Shown here piece after piece: positions 29,231 through 30,972 of a stretch of DNA of 30,972 nucleotides; the first letter of the stretch is position 1, and each line of letters starts with the position of its first letter. The notes below the pieces were generated by a model that worked only from the letters and a program-made list of their open reading frames with translations, ran no database searches and was not told where the DNA came from. Made by a program: the position numbers and the translations under genes. Location: contig CANPCK010000008.1 in the NCBI GenBank assembly GCA_947572545.1, positions 1-30,972 on the forward strand. Direction: 5' to 3'. Source of the DNA: an uncultured Clostridium sp. Lineage in GTDB: Bacteria > Bacillota > Clostridia > TANB77 > CAG-508.

Positions 29231-30891
29231 TTTCTGTTTCTACATTCAACCTTTCAAAAAATACAAAGTGGTCATCTTTATATAATATTTTATAATTTTC
29301 AGTATCTTTTGCAAGTAACATCGTTAATTTAGAATTTTTATATGACATTACATGTGTTATTCCATATTTTTCAAAACCTTCTTCATAATACATTGCAATT
29401 CCTGAAATGCTTAAGTAATCACTAAAAATATTACAATCTTTATTAAATTCTGGAGAGTAAAGATCTGCACGTGAGTCAATAAATACTGGTATTTCTCTAA
29501 ATAACAAATAACTTCCATAGTTATAGTCATTAAACATTTTCATTTTATCCAAGTCTAAATTTCCTTTTTCTGCTTCTTCTAAAATGTAGTCAGCTGCTTC
29601 AACTGGATATGAGCTTTTGCTTATATATTCATTATCTATTTTTTTAGAATATATCGTATATGAGCATAATACAACAAGTAATATTGTAAGTATTTTTCCT
29701 TTCCATGTTAACATTAATTCTGTAAATTCTCTTACTCCATCTTTATCATATTTATCTACAAAGTTAGATACCAATGCTGTAAATGATATTCCGTCCTATT
29801 GTTATAAGCATTGAAAACTGTCTTTTCGATGTTAATGTCAATACTATTAATCCCCCTATCATAAATAGGTCTTTCAAAGATATTTTTGTATCTGTAAATA
29901 CTAATATTATAATAAGTAATACTGCTGTAATTAGTGCTCCTGTGTGATTTGCTAATACTAGCGGTTGATGTTCTGATATATTGTCTGTTGTAGTACCTAA
30001 CATTAGTTTTAATATATGTGTATATGGTTCATCTCCTAATGGTGTTAAAAGTCCCATTAGCAAGCATAATATGCAAACTAATATAAGCCATTTTGCAGCA
30101 TTTCTTTTTACTAGCTTTACTCTATATGGATTTTCTTCTCTAATTTTTAATGTTTCTTTAAATTTTATAGATTTCTTTTCTACTTCTACTAGTTTTTGCT
30201 GCAACTTTTCAATCTTTTCTTCTTTTCCTTCTTTTTTTGATAAACTTTCTATCTTACTTTTTAGTGAAAATATTCTATATCTATATACAAGATTTGAATT
30301 TCTTAAAACAATAATTAGGTATTCTGCTATATATGGCATAAGTAGTATAAAGAAGAAATAAAATACTGCTGCATGCATATTTGCAATTAATAATGCAATT
30401 ATCATTAATCCTAATACATACCTTTTCTTCTTTGTATCCAAAAAACATTCTACAAATAATATTTCTAGAATAAATAATACAAATGTTACAAGTTGTGCTC
30501 TTGCTGCTATAAAATCTCCCATTAGGAACATTACCCCTATTGTAAATACAAATGAAAATAATGGCTTTTTATTTACTTTTGTATTTGTTATATATAAGGC
30601 TACTCCCATAAGTGCACTTAAAATAACTGTTGATATATAAACTCCTGTCATCCCTCCTGCTGAATATATTAAGTATATACATACATCATATAACCAATGT
30701 GGATATGTATATTTTAAATCATGCCAAGAAAATGGATCTACTCTATCTATTCCATTCTCCATTATATGTTCTCCTATACTTATTGTATAATATGTATCAT
30801 TTTGCAATGTTTTTGGTGCCATTATTGCTGAAAATATTATTATACATATTATTGCAAGTACATGAAATTTTGCCATTGTTTTCTTGTTCAT
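29220..30891 (-). CDS. Polytopic membrane protein, GT-C-like glycosyltransferase candidate (needs +1 at CGG 29791-29793)
   Basis: ORFs 29764-30969 (start taken at the ATG at 30891, MNKKTMAKF) and 29220-29774 join as ...LITIG-G-ISFTALVSNFVDKYDK. It has more than 10 TM helices plus a soluble C-terminal domain. The family call is tentative. Confidence 0.5.
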
Positions 30892-30972
30892 TATTTGTCT
30901 CTTCCCTCTTTCGATAAATTGAATATCATTAACTACATGTATTATATATAACAAAAGAAAAAAGGACAAGCC

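Noticed and set aside
4470-30891. I considered reading the many split ORFs (tsaB, rimI, lon, dxs, lexA, dut, ger genes, rluD and others) as pseudogenes of a decaying genome.
   Set aside because: Random decay gives mixed lesions such as stops, indels at homopolymers and deletions. Here every break is the same single C before an in-frame GGN. The flanking sequence is fully conserved, and the set includes essential genes. I therefore annotated them as single CDSs with a noted +1 requirement.

Overview
This is a roughly 27-28% GC chromosomal segment that looks like a spore-forming Clostridia-class Firmicute. It carries housekeeping and sporulation genes: tsaE-tsaB-rimI, a Lon-like protease, dxs, lexA, a SpoVB/MurJ-type flippase, a sortase, a HIT protein, a short AlaRS, dut, a gerA/B/C germinant-receptor operon, and two pseudouridine synthases. 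It also has a decayed serine-recombinase locus at the left edge. A small accessory block encodes a pilin-like protein, a TraG/VirD4-like ATPase, a Replic_Relax-like protein and an S1 protein. A 280-bp patch near 50% GC sits in an intergenic region full of repeats and hairpins.

The most striking signal fits no standard feature type. Sixteen otherwise intact genes, on both strands, are split in the ORF track. Every one of the 28 breaks is the same event: an in-frame CGG whose C must be skipped (+1) so that the following GGN is read as a conserved glycine. In a manual scan I found no in-frame CGG that reads through as Arg in any native gene. The extra base is always on the coding strand and always in codon phase. 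A strand-blind sequencing error would not behave this way, although an artefact still has to be excluded with raw reads.
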